Origin: Aggregatilineales bacterium
GTDB lineage: Bacteria > Chloroflexota > Anaerolineae > Aggregatilineales > J027
Reading direction: 5' to 3'
NCBI GenBank assembly: GCA_965215855.1
Contig: CBDCER010000001.1
Span: 17,531-81,530, forward strand
DNA: 64,000 bases
Shown: in pieces, positions 36,000 to 45,781 of the stretch
How positions within the stretch are numbered: the stretch's first letter is position 1
Layout: the number at the start of each line of letters is the position of its first letter
Notes under the pieces: generated by a model
What the model was told of the DNA's origin: nothing
The model's database searches: none
What the model saw: the letters and a program-made list of their open reading frames with translations, nothing else
Program-made: the position numbers and the translations under genes

Positions 36000-37086
36000 A
36001 TGGAAGCACTTATCAGCCGCCTTAACGAGATGCGCGAACGTATTGAGCATTTAATGGAGCGTCTTTGACATCGCGAACAAGGAAAAGAACCTGGCGACGC
36101 TGGAAGCTGATTCTGCGAAGTCAGATTTTTGGGATGACCCTTCCTCGGCGCAGGTGATCATGCAGCGGATTGCTCGGCTGCGATCTGAAATTGATCGTTG
36201 GCAGGGGGCGCACCACGAAATCGTGGAAACGTTGGAACTGGCCGAACTGCGCGATGACAGTTTGCAAGCTGAGTTGACGGCTGAGGTGGACCGGTTGGCG
36301 GAAACGGTCGAGACCTTGTCATTTCAGGCGATGTTAAGTGGTGAATATGATGGCGAAGATGCGATTATTGCCATTCATGCAGGTGCAGGCGGCACAGACG
36401 CGCAGGATTGGGCGGGAATGCTGACACGCATGTATTTGCGGTGGGCCGAAACACACAAGCATAAGACCGAAATTATTGATGAGATGGCGGGCGATGAGGC
36501 CGGCATCAAGAGCATCACGATTGCGGTGCAAGGCGAGTGGGCCTATGGATATTTACGAGCCGAGCGCGGTGTGCATCGACTGGTCAGGATCAGCCCGTTC
36601 GATTCTAACAGCCGCCGTCATACATCTTTTGCATTGATTGAGGTCTGGCCGGATATTCATGGCGAGATTGAGATTGAAATTAATGATAAAGACTTGCAAA
36701 TCGACACGTTCCGGGCTGGTGGAGCGGGGGGGCAGCATGTCCAGAAGAACGATACAGCTGTCCGTATCACCCATTTGCCGACGGGCATTGTGGTTTCGTG
36801 CCAGAACCAACGCAGCCAGTTGCAAAACCTGAATCGTGCTATGCAAGTCCTCAAGAGTCGTATGCTGGAGATGGAATTGCAAAAACGCGAGGAGGAATTC
36901 GCGCAGTTGAAGGGTGAGCATGTCAGTGCCGAATGGGGCAACCAGATTCGGTCGTATGTGTTGCATCCATACCAGATGGTCAAAGATTTGCGGACTCAGC
37001 ATGAGACGGGGCGTGTGAATGCCGTTTTGGATGGCGACCTGGATGATTTTATTCATGCCTATTTGCGCTATAAAGTCGGCGGATAA
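36000..37086 (+). CDS. prfB: peptide chain release factor 2 (requires programmed +1 frameshift at 36063-36069)
   Basis: Frame 0 reads MEALISRLNEMRERIEHLMERL then TGA. The +1 frame continues DIANKEKNLATLEADSAKSDFWDD... and later GGAGGQHVQK (GGQ) and an SPF-region equivalent. Confidence 0.93.
36055..36069 (+). other. RF2 autoregulatory +1 frameshift site
   Basis: GGAGCG TCTT TGA C: an SD-like GGAG, then CTT TGA C, the canonical slippery and stop context. Confidence 0.9.
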
Positions 37087-37095
37087 GTTTAGCCG

Positions 37096-37170
37096 TATAG
37101 GCTGAACCCTAATACCCAATGAAAAGGACTGCGCCGCCATATTATTCACTGAGCATGGTAGTTGCAGCAC
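37096..37170 (+). repeat. hairpin repeat, family 1, copy B
   Basis: GGCTGAACCCTAATACCCAATGAAAAGG...TTATTCACTGAGCATGGTAGTTGCAG. Confidence 0.7.
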
Positions 37171-37189
37171 CATGCCACACTGCACTTTA

Positions 37190-37221
37190 ACGAGGCACAT
37201 AGTTGCCTCGTTTTTGTTTTT
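37190..37221 (+). terminator. intrinsic terminator after prfB
   Basis: ACGAGGCA-CATAGT-TGCCTCGT followed by TTTTGTTTTT. Confidence 0.7.
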
Positions 37222-37272
37222 CACTATGCTTGGATTAATCGAGAAACTCTAAAACTATGCAGAGGTGGAGTT

Positions 37273-38544
37273 GTGAGTGAAGAACTGCAAGCCAAAGTTG
37301 ATGGACTGCGGCGTGATTATGAAAAGTTGATGGACGCTGTTGCGATGAGTGATGTTACCGAGGAGTTGGGCGACACGGCGACCGAAATCGCAGGGTTGCC
37401 AGGTAAGGTTCAGCAAATCCGCAGCGCGGGCTATGCGTATGCCAGCTATTTGGAAAATAAAGTGGAAACGTTGGATCGGCAATGGGGCGAGGTGCGTCAT
37501 CAGATCCAACAGGCAATCCGCACGGAATTCATGAATTCGCGTGGCGAAATCGCAGAACTGGATACGTTGTGGGATCAACTGGACGCTGCGATGACTGGTG
37601 AAACTCTTAGCGCAGCGGGTGGATCAGGTGGCATGATGGGAAGCCTGAGTAACCTGGGAGATAAGATGAAAAGCAAGCGCCAGGGCCAGGGGTTGGGCGC
37701 AATGATTCAATCTGCACTGGATGAAGGTGAATCGGACGCAGAAGATTTTATGTCGTCCCTGAAAAAGTTCTCGGCGCAATCGTCGGCCCGGCCAGCCACA
37801 GCCAGCTTGGGGGCGGTCAGTGCAGCGCAGGTAGAAGGCGTGATGGGGCAAGTTGAGAGTGCCATGCGGCGGACTGAATCGACCATTAGTGCTGCTAAGT
37901 CGCGGATTCGTGGATTATATGGGCAAGTGCCGCAGAACGTCAGCCAAACCCTCAGCCAGATTCGCAACATCGAGACGTATCTGGAACGCGCCCAAAATGC
38001 GACCTTCGATTGGCGGGCGGGCGAAGATGTGTATATGGTGGTCAAGGCTGAGTGGAAGAAGACCGGCAAGAAGAAGGATGATCCGGATGGTTTCTTCTAC
38101 ATCTCGAATCAGCGCATTATGATGGAGCAGGTCGAAAAGAAAGGTGGTTTTATGGGCTTCGGTGGCAAGAAGGTCGAAGACCTGTTGTGGGAAGCACCGA
38201 TTGGCTCGATAGAAGATGTTTCGTATGAGAACAAGGGTATGTTCGGCGGCATTGACCTGATCCACATTAAATTTGGCTCTGGCGGGCCATTTGCGGAGGT
38301 GACGGTTGAGGTTAAAGATGGCTTTGATTCTAAGGTCTTTGCCAGCAAGCTGAAGCAAGCCGCCAGCGGTGAGATTGAGAAAGAACGTGGACTGGAACGG
38401 GATCAGGCATTGGTAGAAGCGATTGCCGATGCGCCGACGATGTGCCCGGTGTGTGGTGCAAACTTTGACCAGGAAATCGTGCGGGGCATGACACAATTGG
38501 AATGTGCTTATTGCGGAGCGGTAGTGCGTTTGGGCACGTCGTAG
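37273..38544 (+). CDS. hypothetical protein (coiled-coil N-terminus, PH-like middle, C-terminal zinc ribbon)
   Basis: GTG 37273 preceded by GAGGTGGAG. The ORF-track N-terminus (from 37162) would run through the repeat and terminator. C-terminal CPVCG..CAYCG. Confidence 0.55.
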   Translation: MSEELQAKVDGLRRDYEKLMDAVAMSDVTEELGDTATEIAGLPGKVQQIRSAGYAYASYLENKVETLDRQWGEVRHQIQQAIRTEFMNSRGEIAELDTLWDQLDAAMTGETLSAAGGSGGMMGSLSNLGDKMKSKRQGQGLGAMIQSALDEGESDAEDFMSSLKKFSAQSSARPATASLGAVSAAQVEGVMGQVESAMRRTESTISAAKSRIRGLYGQVPQNVSQTLSQIRNIETYLERAQNATFDWRAGEDVYMVVKAEWKKTGKKKDDPDGFFYISNQRIMMEQVEKKGGFMGFGGKKVEDLLWEAPIGSIEDVSYENKGMFGGIDLIHIKFGSGGPFAEVTVEVKDGFDSKVFASKLKQAASGEIEKERGLERDQALVEAIADAPTMCPVCGANFDQEIVRGMTQLECAYCGAVVRLGTS

Positions 38545-38579
38545 GCCCTGGCGGTATAGCGAAATAGGTAGGCGCAATG

Positions 38580-38609
38580 GGCGAGTGTTCAACTCGCCTT
38601 TGTTTTTTT
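38580..38609 (+). terminator. intrinsic terminator
   Basis: GGCGAGT-GTTCA-ACTCGCC followed by TTTGTTTTTTT. Confidence 0.75.
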
Positions 38610-38750
38610 GGGGGGCTTGTTAGCTACTTTCCGAAACTTGTTCGTGTTCGTAGTCTCGGGCGGTGTTGTAGTCATAGTGAATTTGGTGACGATGTTACAA
38701 TAGGTGGCGTTGAATTCTGGTCATTTATTTTGATGATGGAGCAGAGAATC

Positions 38751-39227
38751 ATGAGTAACAATCAGGCCGTGCGACAACAACTCGTCAATCTTCTGATTGA
38801 ACGACAGGCGCATATGACTTTTGAGGATGCTGTCGCCAAATTCCCGGCGGAACACATCAATACACGCCCGCCAAATGTGGACTATACATTTTGGCATTTG
38901 ATCGAACATATTCGGATTTGTCAGTGGGATATTTTGGACTATATCCGTAATCCCGATTATACAGAGCCTAAATTCCCGGAGGGCGTGTGGCCTGCGCCAG
39001 ATGCCACGACCGATATGACGGGGTGGAACCGGACGATTGAGCAGTTTTTGGCAGATCGGGAAACATTGGCAGCTATGGTGCGTGATGCGACGGTGGACTT
39101 GTATGTCCAGATTCCACATGGCTATCCGGGACACAATATTCTGCGTGAGGTTCTGGTGGTGGCCGATCATAATGCTTACCATATCGGCGAATTGGGTGTG
39201 CTGCGGCAGAGTATGGGGTTGTGGTAG
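38751..39227 (+). CDS. DinB-superfamily metal-dependent protein
   Basis: FWHLIEHI...DHNAYHIGEL His pattern. GGAG lies 8 nt upstream of ATG 38751. Confidence 0.7.
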   Translation: MSNNQAVRQQLVNLLIERQAHMTFEDAVAKFPAEHINTRPPNVDYTFWHLIEHIRICQWDILDYIRNPDYTEPKFPEGVWPAPDATTDMTGWNRTIEQFLADRETLAAMVRDATVDLYVQIPHGYPGHNILREVLVVADHNAYHIGELGVLRQSMGLW

Positions 39228-39349
39228 CGAGTTCAGACATAGCGACAGAATAGATTTGGCTGAACCAGACTTCACGAGACCTGACCCATATCCTCACATT
39301 TTCTTCACAGCTTTGTGGGATGGTAGGTACAAAGCAATGAAGGAGGATT

Positions 39350-39928
39350 GTGATGAAGATGGGATCGTTGGAGAAACGGCTGGTTAATCGAAAAGGGCAT
39401 AGTCGGCATGTTGCGGACCGGGCCGAGCGATTGTTGCAGCATACAGATGCTGAAGCAGGACAGGCGTATCTGGATGTCGGGTGTGGCAATGGGGCGGCCC
39501 CGATCCGAGTAGCTGGACGACACGGATTATGGGTGACAGGGGCGGACGTTGATCCCGACCAGATTCGGTTGGCAGAAGAGGCGAGCCAACACCTGGCAGA
39601 TGCACGGTTTGTGACAGCGAACGCGACGGATTTGCCGTTTGAGGATGAGGCGTTCGATATTGTGTCTACAGCTAAAGCGACGCATCATATTCCTAATTGG
39701 GAAAAGGCACTAGCGGAAATGGTGCGTGTGTTGAAGCCAGGTGGATATTTGATCTATGTTGACCTGGTGGCTCCGGGATGGGTAGCGCGGATTGGTGAGA
39801 CGCTGGCTGGAAACCGTGCTGGGTTCCCGACGGCTCGCGGCCTGGCATCAATTGTTGAGCAGCAGGGATTGACGGTGGTGTATGAGAGCAAGACGGGCCT
39901 GATGGTCGAAAAAGTATGGCGCAAGTAG
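39350..39928 (+). CDS. class I SAM-dependent methyltransferase
   Basis: LDVGCGNGAAP (motif I), FDIV, LKPGGYL. Confidence 0.8.
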   Translation: MMKMGSLEKRLVNRKGHSRHVADRAERLLQHTDAEAGQAYLDVGCGNGAAPIRVAGRHGLWVTGADVDPDQIRLAEEASQHLADARFVTANATDLPFEDEAFDIVSTAKATHHIPNWEKALAEMVRVLKPGGYLIYVDLVAPGWVARIGETLAGNRAGFPTARGLASIVEQQGLTVVYESKTGLMVEKVWRK

Positions 39929-39992
39929 CGTGTGCTATGGATGGGGGCGGGCGGGTGTGGCTCGCCTCCGTATGGTTTTCTATGGAGCCACG

Positions 39993-40682
39993 ATGAACGA
40001 ATTGATCTTGATTGTTGAAGATGAGGCGAAGATTGCGCGAATTGCACGCGATTATCTGGAGCAAAATGCTTTTCGGGTAATCATTGCCGAGGATGGGATA
40101 TTGGGGCTAGCAGCGGCACGCCATGATAAGCCTGATTTGGTGGTGCTGGATCTGAATTTACCGGGGATAGATGGCCTAGATTTATGCCGTGTATTGCGGA
40201 AAGAGTCGGAAGTGCCAATTATTATGCTGACGGCGCGGGTGGATGAAATTGACCGGTTGATTGGTTTGGAGTTGGGGGCAGATGATTATATCACTAAGCC
40301 GTTTTCGCCGCGTGAGTTGGTGGCGCGGGTGAAGGCGGTTTTGCGACGGACACAGGGGCGAGTACGTGAGACAGGGGTAATCCGAGCGGTTGATCTGGAA
40401 ATTGATGTGGAGGGTCATCGAGTCGCCTGTCGAGGAGAAACGATTAACCTGACGCCGAGCGAGTTCACGCTGTTGGCGATTCTGGCGCGGCATCCAGGGC
40501 AAACATTCACACGAGAGCAGTTGCTCAACCGGCTGTATGGTGTGGACTATGGCGGATATTCGCGGAGTGTGGATGCTCATATCAAAAATCTGCGACAAAA
40601 GCTGGAGGATGATCCGGGCGAGCCGCGTTACGTGCTGACGGTGTATGGGGTGGGGTATAAATTCACTGACGAGGCAGGATGA
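39993..40682 (+). CDS. OmpR/PhoB-family response regulator
   Basis: ILIVEDE...DLVVLDLNLPGIDG...KPF. C-terminal winged helix (LTPSEFTLL, YGVGYKF). Confidence 0.92.
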   Translation: MNELILIVEDEAKIARIARDYLEQNAFRVIIAEDGILGLAAARHDKPDLVVLDLNLPGIDGLDLCRVLRKESEVPIIMLTARVDEIDRLIGLELGADDYITKPFSPRELVARVKAVLRRTQGRVRETGVIRAVDLEIDVEGHRVACRGETINLTPSEFTLLAILARHPGQTFTREQLLNRLYGVDYGGYSRSVDAHIKNLRQKLEDDPGEPRYVLTVYGVGYKFTDEAG

Positions 40683-41752
40683 TGCGGCAGCAGTATACGC
40701 GGCAAATAGATCGAACGTTGCGCCAGCGGTTCTTGTTCTTCCGATTTGTAGGTGTTTTCGGAGTCATGACGCTTATGGTGGTGAGTGGGTTCATGATCTT
40801 GAGCATTCTGTTCTGGCGCGACCCGGCGCGTGAAGTCTGGATTATTGGGTGTAGCGCAGCGTTCTTGTTGCCCTTCGTGGGCTGGGGGTTGGCGATTCAT
40901 GCGTTTCGGGATATTGCGAGACCATTGGCCCAGTTGATGGATGCTGCGGAGGTGGTTGCTGCCGGCAATCTGAATGTGCAGATAGATGCCAATGCGCCGG
41001 GCGGGTTCGGACGATTGATCGAGACGTTTAACCGAATGGTACGTGAATTGGCACGGACTGATGAACAGCGCCGCAATTTGACGGCGGACATTGCCCACGA
41101 GTTGCGAACCCCGTTGCATATCATTCAGGGCAATCTGGAAGGTGTTCTGGATGGTATTTATGCGCCGACTGATGACCATATCCAATCGATTCTGGATGAA
41201 ACACAGTTATTGGCGCGGCTGGTGGAAGACTTGCGGGTGTTGTCATTGGCCGAAGCCGGGCAATTGGTATTGCGAAAAACACGCGTGTTGGTTGGTGAGT
41301 TACTATCGGATGTGGAGACCAGTTTTGAAGGACAGGCCGCGGCCAATGATATTGCATTGCAGGTGCGCGTGGATGAAGATGTGGCGAAACGGGCCATTGA
41401 GATTGACGTGGTGCGGATCAATCAGGTGTTGGGTAATTTGTTGGTGAATGCCCTGCGTCATACGCCAGCAGGCGGCACGATTACATTGAAGGCAATGGAC
41501 AAAGTGGGTCAGGTGGGGTTGATTGTGCAGGATACTGGGCCAGGGATTCCGGTGGAACAATTGCCGTTTGTCTTTGATCGATTCTGGCGGGGTGATGCGG
41601 CGCGGACACGACAGGAGGGTATGGGTGGTGGATTGGGGTTGGCGATTGTGAAGCAATTGGTGGCAGTCCATGACGGGAGTGTTGAGGTGGCGAGTATCGA
41701 AGGGGAAGGGGCAGTGTTCGGCGTGTGGTTGCCAGTTTGGGATGAGGAGTGA
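40679..41752 (+). CDS. sensor histidine kinase (TM-HAMP-HisKA-HATPase)
   Basis: ADIAHELRTPL H-box, N/G1/G2 boxes (NALRHTP, DTGPGI, GLGLAIV). ATGA overlap with the regulator gene. Confidence 0.9.
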   Translation: MMRQQYTRQIDRTLRQRFLFFRFVGVFGVMTLMVVSGFMILSILFWRDPAREVWIIGCSAAFLLPFVGWGLAIHAFRDIARPLAQLMDAAEVVAAGNLNVQIDANAPGGFGRLIETFNRMVRELARTDEQRRNLTADIAHELRTPLHIIQGNLEGVLDGIYAPTDDHIQSILDETQLLARLVEDLRVLSLAEAGQLVLRKTRVLVGELLSDVETSFEGQAAANDIALQVRVDEDVAKRAIEIDVVRINQVLGNLLVNALRHTPAGGTITLKAMDKVGQVGLIVQDTGPGIPVEQLPFVFDRFWRGDAARTRQEGMGGGLGLAIVKQLVAVHDGSVEVASIEGEGAVFGVWLPVWDEE

Positions 41753-41816
41753 AACTTGCCCGACCTGATGAGCATGATATAATCCATAATGGGTTTTCCT
41801 AATGGCATTATAAAAA

Positions 41817-43358
41817 GTGAGATCGTGCGGCGTGAGTATTCAAGATGATCCCCTGAAACGTTATGATACGTGTTTGCGGTTGATATCACAGATCAGCCAA
41901 CAAGTTATCAACGGGCGTAATCCTGCTGATACAGTGCGCTATATTCTGGAGAGTGTGGCCGACATCGCCGGGGCTACATTTGCCCGATTGGTTTTGGGGG
42001 ATAATGGACGCCTAGAATCATTTGCCAGTGGTCATCAGAATGGAGAATTGGCGGAAATAGATGCGGTAGTACACCAGCAGACTCAACAGGGCAAAGAACC
42101 AATCTTGATACAGGTAGATCAGCAAGATGAGTTCTCAGCACTGGATGGCATTGTACGGCTGGTTCAGATGGTCGGGGTGGATGCTGGTAATGGTCGGCAG
42201 GGTACGCTGTGGATGGGTTTCCAGAAAGCACCGGAACTGTCGGCAGATACGGAATCTATCGTCCAAATGTTTGTGCAGCAGGCCGTTGTGGTCAGTTTGA
42301 TACATGTAGCCCGCACAGAGCGAGAGCAACTGTCGGCGCTGTTGGTGAATGATGTGGAACCCATTATTATCGTGGATACCAATTATCGTATCCGGGTATT
42401 CAATCCGGCAGCCGAGACCTTGTTTGGGATCGAAGCACGCGAAGCGCGCGGTAGGCCGTTTGAGGCCGTTGTCGAGAGTGAGGTGTTGGTTAATTTGTGG
42501 CAGGATGGCGCGGCTGATGCGGTGGAATATGCCTCGGAGGATGGGCGCACGTTTTCGCCGCATGTGGGGACCGTTAGAGCGGAGGATGGTACGGAACGTG
42601 GCTGGCTGATGGTGTTGCGGGACGTGACGCGTTTCAAGCGCCTGAGCGAGAATATGAGCGATTTCTTACATACGGTTTCGCATGATATTCGCTCGCCGAT
42701 GACGGCTGCTAAAGGGTATGTTGATATGCTCCAGATGGTCGGGCAGGTCAATGATACTCAGGAGCGGTTTATCTACAAGATTTTGTCTAGCATTAATGAT
42801 ATGACGAATCTGGTGGAGAAGGTGTTGGATGCGGGGCGGCTTGATCCGGAGATGGATGTTTATGACATCCGGCGCGAGACATGTGACCCTGCCCAGATTG
42901 TGAAGAAAGTGGTATCGACCTTGGGGGCGGCGGCAGAGAAGAAGCAGATTATGTTGACGGCTGATGTATCGCCGCAAGTCCCGGTGATGAATATTGATGA
43001 GATGATGGTTGAGCGGGCGCTGGTGAATTTGGTGGAGAACGCGATCAAGTATACGCCAGAAGGTGGCGAAGTGCAGGTGATCGGCCAGGTGAAAGATAAC
43101 TATCTGGTGTTGACGGTGAGTGATAACGGATTTGGGATTTCGCCGGATGACCAAGAACGGCTTTTTGAACGCGGCCAACGCGTGCGGCGTAAGGAACATA
43201 AAGCCATTCGAGGGTCGGGCCTAGGCCTGTTCATTGTGAAAAACGTGGCCCGCAAACACAGCGGCTATGCCACGCTCGATAGTACCGTGGGACAGGGCAG
43301 CACGTTTTCCATCATGATTCCGTTGCAAGGCAATAATCTTGTGGGTGGCGGTGGCTAG
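41817..43358 (+). CDS. cytoplasmic sensor histidine kinase (GAF-PAS-HisKA-HATPase)
   Basis: HTVSHDIRSPM H-box, NAIKYTP, DNGFGI, GLGLFIV. Confidence 0.85.
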   Translation: MRSCGVSIQDDPLKRYDTCLRLISQISQQVINGRNPADTVRYILESVADIAGATFARLVLGDNGRLESFASGHQNGELAEIDAVVHQQTQQGKEPILIQVDQQDEFSALDGIVRLVQMVGVDAGNGRQGTLWMGFQKAPELSADTESIVQMFVQQAVVVSLIHVARTEREQLSALLVNDVEPIIIVDTNYRIRVFNPAAETLFGIEAREARGRPFEAVVESEVLVNLWQDGAADAVEYASEDGRTFSPHVGTVRAEDGTERGWLMVLRDVTRFKRLSENMSDFLHTVSHDIRSPMTAAKGYVDMLQMVGQVNDTQERFIYKILSSINDMTNLVEKVLDAGRLDPEMDVYDIRRETCDPAQIVKKVVSTLGAAAEKKQIMLTADVSPQVPVMNIDEMMVERALVNLVENAIKYTPEGGEVQVIGQVKDNYLVLTVSDNGFGISPDDQERLFERGQRVRRKEHKAIRGSGLGLFIVKNVARKHSGYATLDSTVGQGSTFSIMIPLQGNNLVGGGG

Positions 43359-43379
43359 ATGGATTTGAACACACAAAAG

Positions 43380-43406
43380 CGCCCGGCGGACGGGCGTTTG
43401 TTTTTT
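43380..43406 (+). terminator. intrinsic terminator
   Basis: CGCCCG-GCGGA-CGGGCG followed by TTTGTTTTTT. Confidence 0.75.
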
Positions 43407-43419
43407 ATGGGGTAGGTGT

Positions 43420-45309
43420 ATGTCGATACGGGTACTGTCGGAGACGGTGGCGGCACAAATCGCAGCGGGCGAGGTTGTGGAGCGCCCGGCATCGGTGGTT
43501 AAAGAGCTGCTCGAAAATGCGCTGGATGCTGGAGCTACCACGCTGGCTGTCGAAATCCGTGGGGCTGGACAGCAGTTAATCCGGGTGCGGGATAATGGGC
43601 ACGGAATTCCGGCGAATGAGGCCGAGTTGGCATTGCAACGACACGCGACCAGCAAGATTATGGATATTCACGATCTGGCACAATTGCATACATTGGGTTT
43701 TCGGGGCGAGGCGTTGCATAGCATTGCTGCGGTCAGTCGCCTGACGCTGACGACTCGTCATTATGACGAAGACATGGGTACACGGATTGTGGGCGAAGGT
43801 GGACGGGTGCTGGATGTGCGGGGCATTGGTGCGCCAGTGGGGACAACGGTGGAGGTAGCCGATTTATTCTACAATGTTCCGGCGCGACGCAAGTTTTTGA
43901 AAAGTGATGCTACTGAAAAGCGACATATCGTGACAGTGGTGACTCAGTATGCGATAGCCTATCCTGATGTGCGGTTTCAGTTAGGGGTAGAGGGGCGCGA
44001 AACCTTTCATAGTTCCGGGGGAGGGGATTTGGCGGATGTCGTGATTGCGGCGATGGGGCTGGATGTGTTCCGCGAGATGGTGGAAATCGTGCCGCTGGCT
44101 CCGCTGCGCCCGGACTTGCCGCCAATTGAGGTGTGGGGCTATACCACGACGCCGACTCTGGATCGGGCTAATCGCTCGCAAATTCATCTGTTCGTCAATG
44201 GACGCTTGATTGCTGATCAACGGCTGACGTATGCGGTGGTGCAGGCGTATCACACGCTGCTACCGTCGGGGCGCTATCCGATGGCGGTGGTAATGATCCA
44301 GATGTCGCCTGATGAAGTGGATGTGAACGTGCATCCAACAAAGGCCGAGGTGCGGTTTCGGTCGCCGGACGCTGTGTTTTCAGCAGTGCAGCGTGCCGTG
44401 CGGCGGGCGGTGGTGCAGGGAGTCGAAGCGCCGTCGCTGTCGCCGGTGGAGCTGCCTTCGGAGGCTGATGTTGAGCGGGCGCAACGGTATGCCACGCTGC
44501 AATCGGCAGGCCGCACCGAGCGTCATGATGACACTGATCAGCAACTATCACTGGATTTCGAGCCAACGTCACCGGGTCGCTATAGCCGGCATGTTGCGCC
44601 AGATGATGAAGCGTATGAAGATCCATTCTTCCCGACAGCGACGCCGCCCCATCTGGTGCAGGCCGCGATGCAGGAGCCGGTTGATCCGGAAGCGATACCG
44701 GATGGCATCGGGATGCCGCAGCGCCCGCGCACCTTGCCGATTTTGCGGGTGGTGGGGCAAGTGACCGCGACGTATATCATCGCTGAGGGGCCAGCCGGTA
44801 TGTACATGATTGACCAACACGCCGCGCACGAGCGCATTCTGTATGAGCAATTTATGGCGGCATATCAGGCGCAAGATATGGCGGTGCAACAGGTGTTGGG
44901 CACGGCGACGGTGGAAATGGGGCCGGTGCAAGCGCAATTGTTGGAAGAATATGCCGAGACATTGGCTGCAATTGGGTTCGAGGTGGAAGCATTTGGCAAG
45001 AACACATTTCGGGTGTTGGCGGTTCCGGCCATGCTGGCGGATCGTGATCCAGGGGATGTGTTGGCACAATTGTTGCAGGATGCTGAAACAGGGGAGGAGC
45101 CAGGGGCACGGACCATTGAGGACAAGATCGTGCGACGGGTATGCAAGGCGGCGGCAGTGAAAGCCGGGCAGGTGTTGAGCCATGCTGAAATGCAAGGATT
45201 GGTGCGCCAATTGGAACGTTGTGCTAATCCACATACGTGCCCGCATGGCCGCCCGACGCTGATTCATTTGAGCAAAACACAACTGGAGCGCGAGTTTGGA
45301 CGAGGGTAG
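43420..45309 (+). CDS. mutL: DNA mismatch repair protein MutL
   Basis: IAAGEVVERPASVVKELLENALDAGAT, DNGHGI, GFRGEAL. C-terminal QHAAHERILYE and CPHGRP. Confidence 0.95.
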   Translation: MSIRVLSETVAAQIAAGEVVERPASVVKELLENALDAGATTLAVEIRGAGQQLIRVRDNGHGIPANEAELALQRHATSKIMDIHDLAQLHTLGFRGEALHSIAAVSRLTLTTRHYDEDMGTRIVGEGGRVLDVRGIGAPVGTTVEVADLFYNVPARRKFLKSDATEKRHIVTVVTQYAIAYPDVRFQLGVEGRETFHSSGGGDLADVVIAAMGLDVFREMVEIVPLAPLRPDLPPIEVWGYTTTPTLDRANRSQIHLFVNGRLIADQRLTYAVVQAYHTLLPSGRYPMAVVMIQMSPDEVDVNVHPTKAEVRFRSPDAVFSAVQRAVRRAVVQGVEAPSLSPVELPSEADVERAQRYATLQSAGRTERHDDTDQQLSLDFEPTSPGRYSRHVAPDDEAYEDPFFPTATPPHLVQAAMQEPVDPEAIPDGIGMPQRPRTLPILRVVGQVTATYIIAEGPAGMYMIDQHAAHERILYEQFMAAYQAQDMAVQQVLGTATVEMGPVQAQLLEEYAETLAAIGFEVEAFGKNTFRVLAVPAMLADRDPGDVLAQLLQDAETGEEPGARTIEDKIVRRVCKAAAVKAGQVLSHAEMQGLVRQLERCANPHTCPHGRPTLIHLSKTQLEREFGRG

Positions 45310-45313
45310 CGAT

Positions 45314-45691
45314 ATGACGATGCGGTGGTTTTTGTTGGTAGTTCTGAGCATTGTGGTTTTGGGGGCATGTGCAGACGAGGGCGATCCATCGGAGACGGTG
45401 GAGGCGTATTTGGATGCGCGGGTCGCCAGTGATGCTGACCGAATGCGGCAATTGTCGTGTGCTGAATGGGAAGCGCAGGCCATGTTGCAGGCGGATTCTT
45501 TTCGGTCGATGAATGCACGGGTCGAAGGGCTTTCCTGCGAGCGCGATGGCGAGGACGGGAACTATACGTTGGTGGCGTGCGAAGGGGTTATCGTGACGAC
45601 GTATAATGGCGAAACTCGTGAATGGCCGATTGGAACATATCGGCTGATTCAGGATGATGGTGAATGGCGGATTTGTGGTGAGGCGGAATAG
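45314..45691 (+). CDS. small lipoprotein, unknown function
   Basis: MTMRWFLLVVLSIVVLGAC lipobox. GAGGG lies 7 nt upstream. Confidence 0.6.
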   Translation: MTMRWFLLVVLSIVVLGACADEGDPSETVEAYLDARVASDADRMRQLSCAEWEAQAMLQADSFRSMNARVEGLSCERDGEDGNYTLVACEGVIVTTYNGETREWPIGTYRLIQDDGEWRICGEAE

Positions 45692-45698
45692 AGGGACG

Positions 45699-45772
45699 CG
45701 TTGGGATTGAACCCCAATGCTCAATGAAAAGGTCATCATCGCCGTGTTTTTCACTGAGCATGGTGGTTGCAG
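45699..45772 (+). repeat. hairpin repeat, family 1, copy C
   Basis: TTGGGATTGAACCCCAATGCTCAATGAAAAGG-loop-TTTTTCACTGAGCATGGTGGTTGCAG. The arms pair at about 18 of 21 positions. Confidence 0.75.
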
Positions 45773-45781
45773 TATCGTACA

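Noticed and set aside
44569-45483. 304-aa minus-strand ORF and other antisense ORFs across mutL
   Set aside because: They are antisense to mutL, whose motifs are unambiguous. No independent support.
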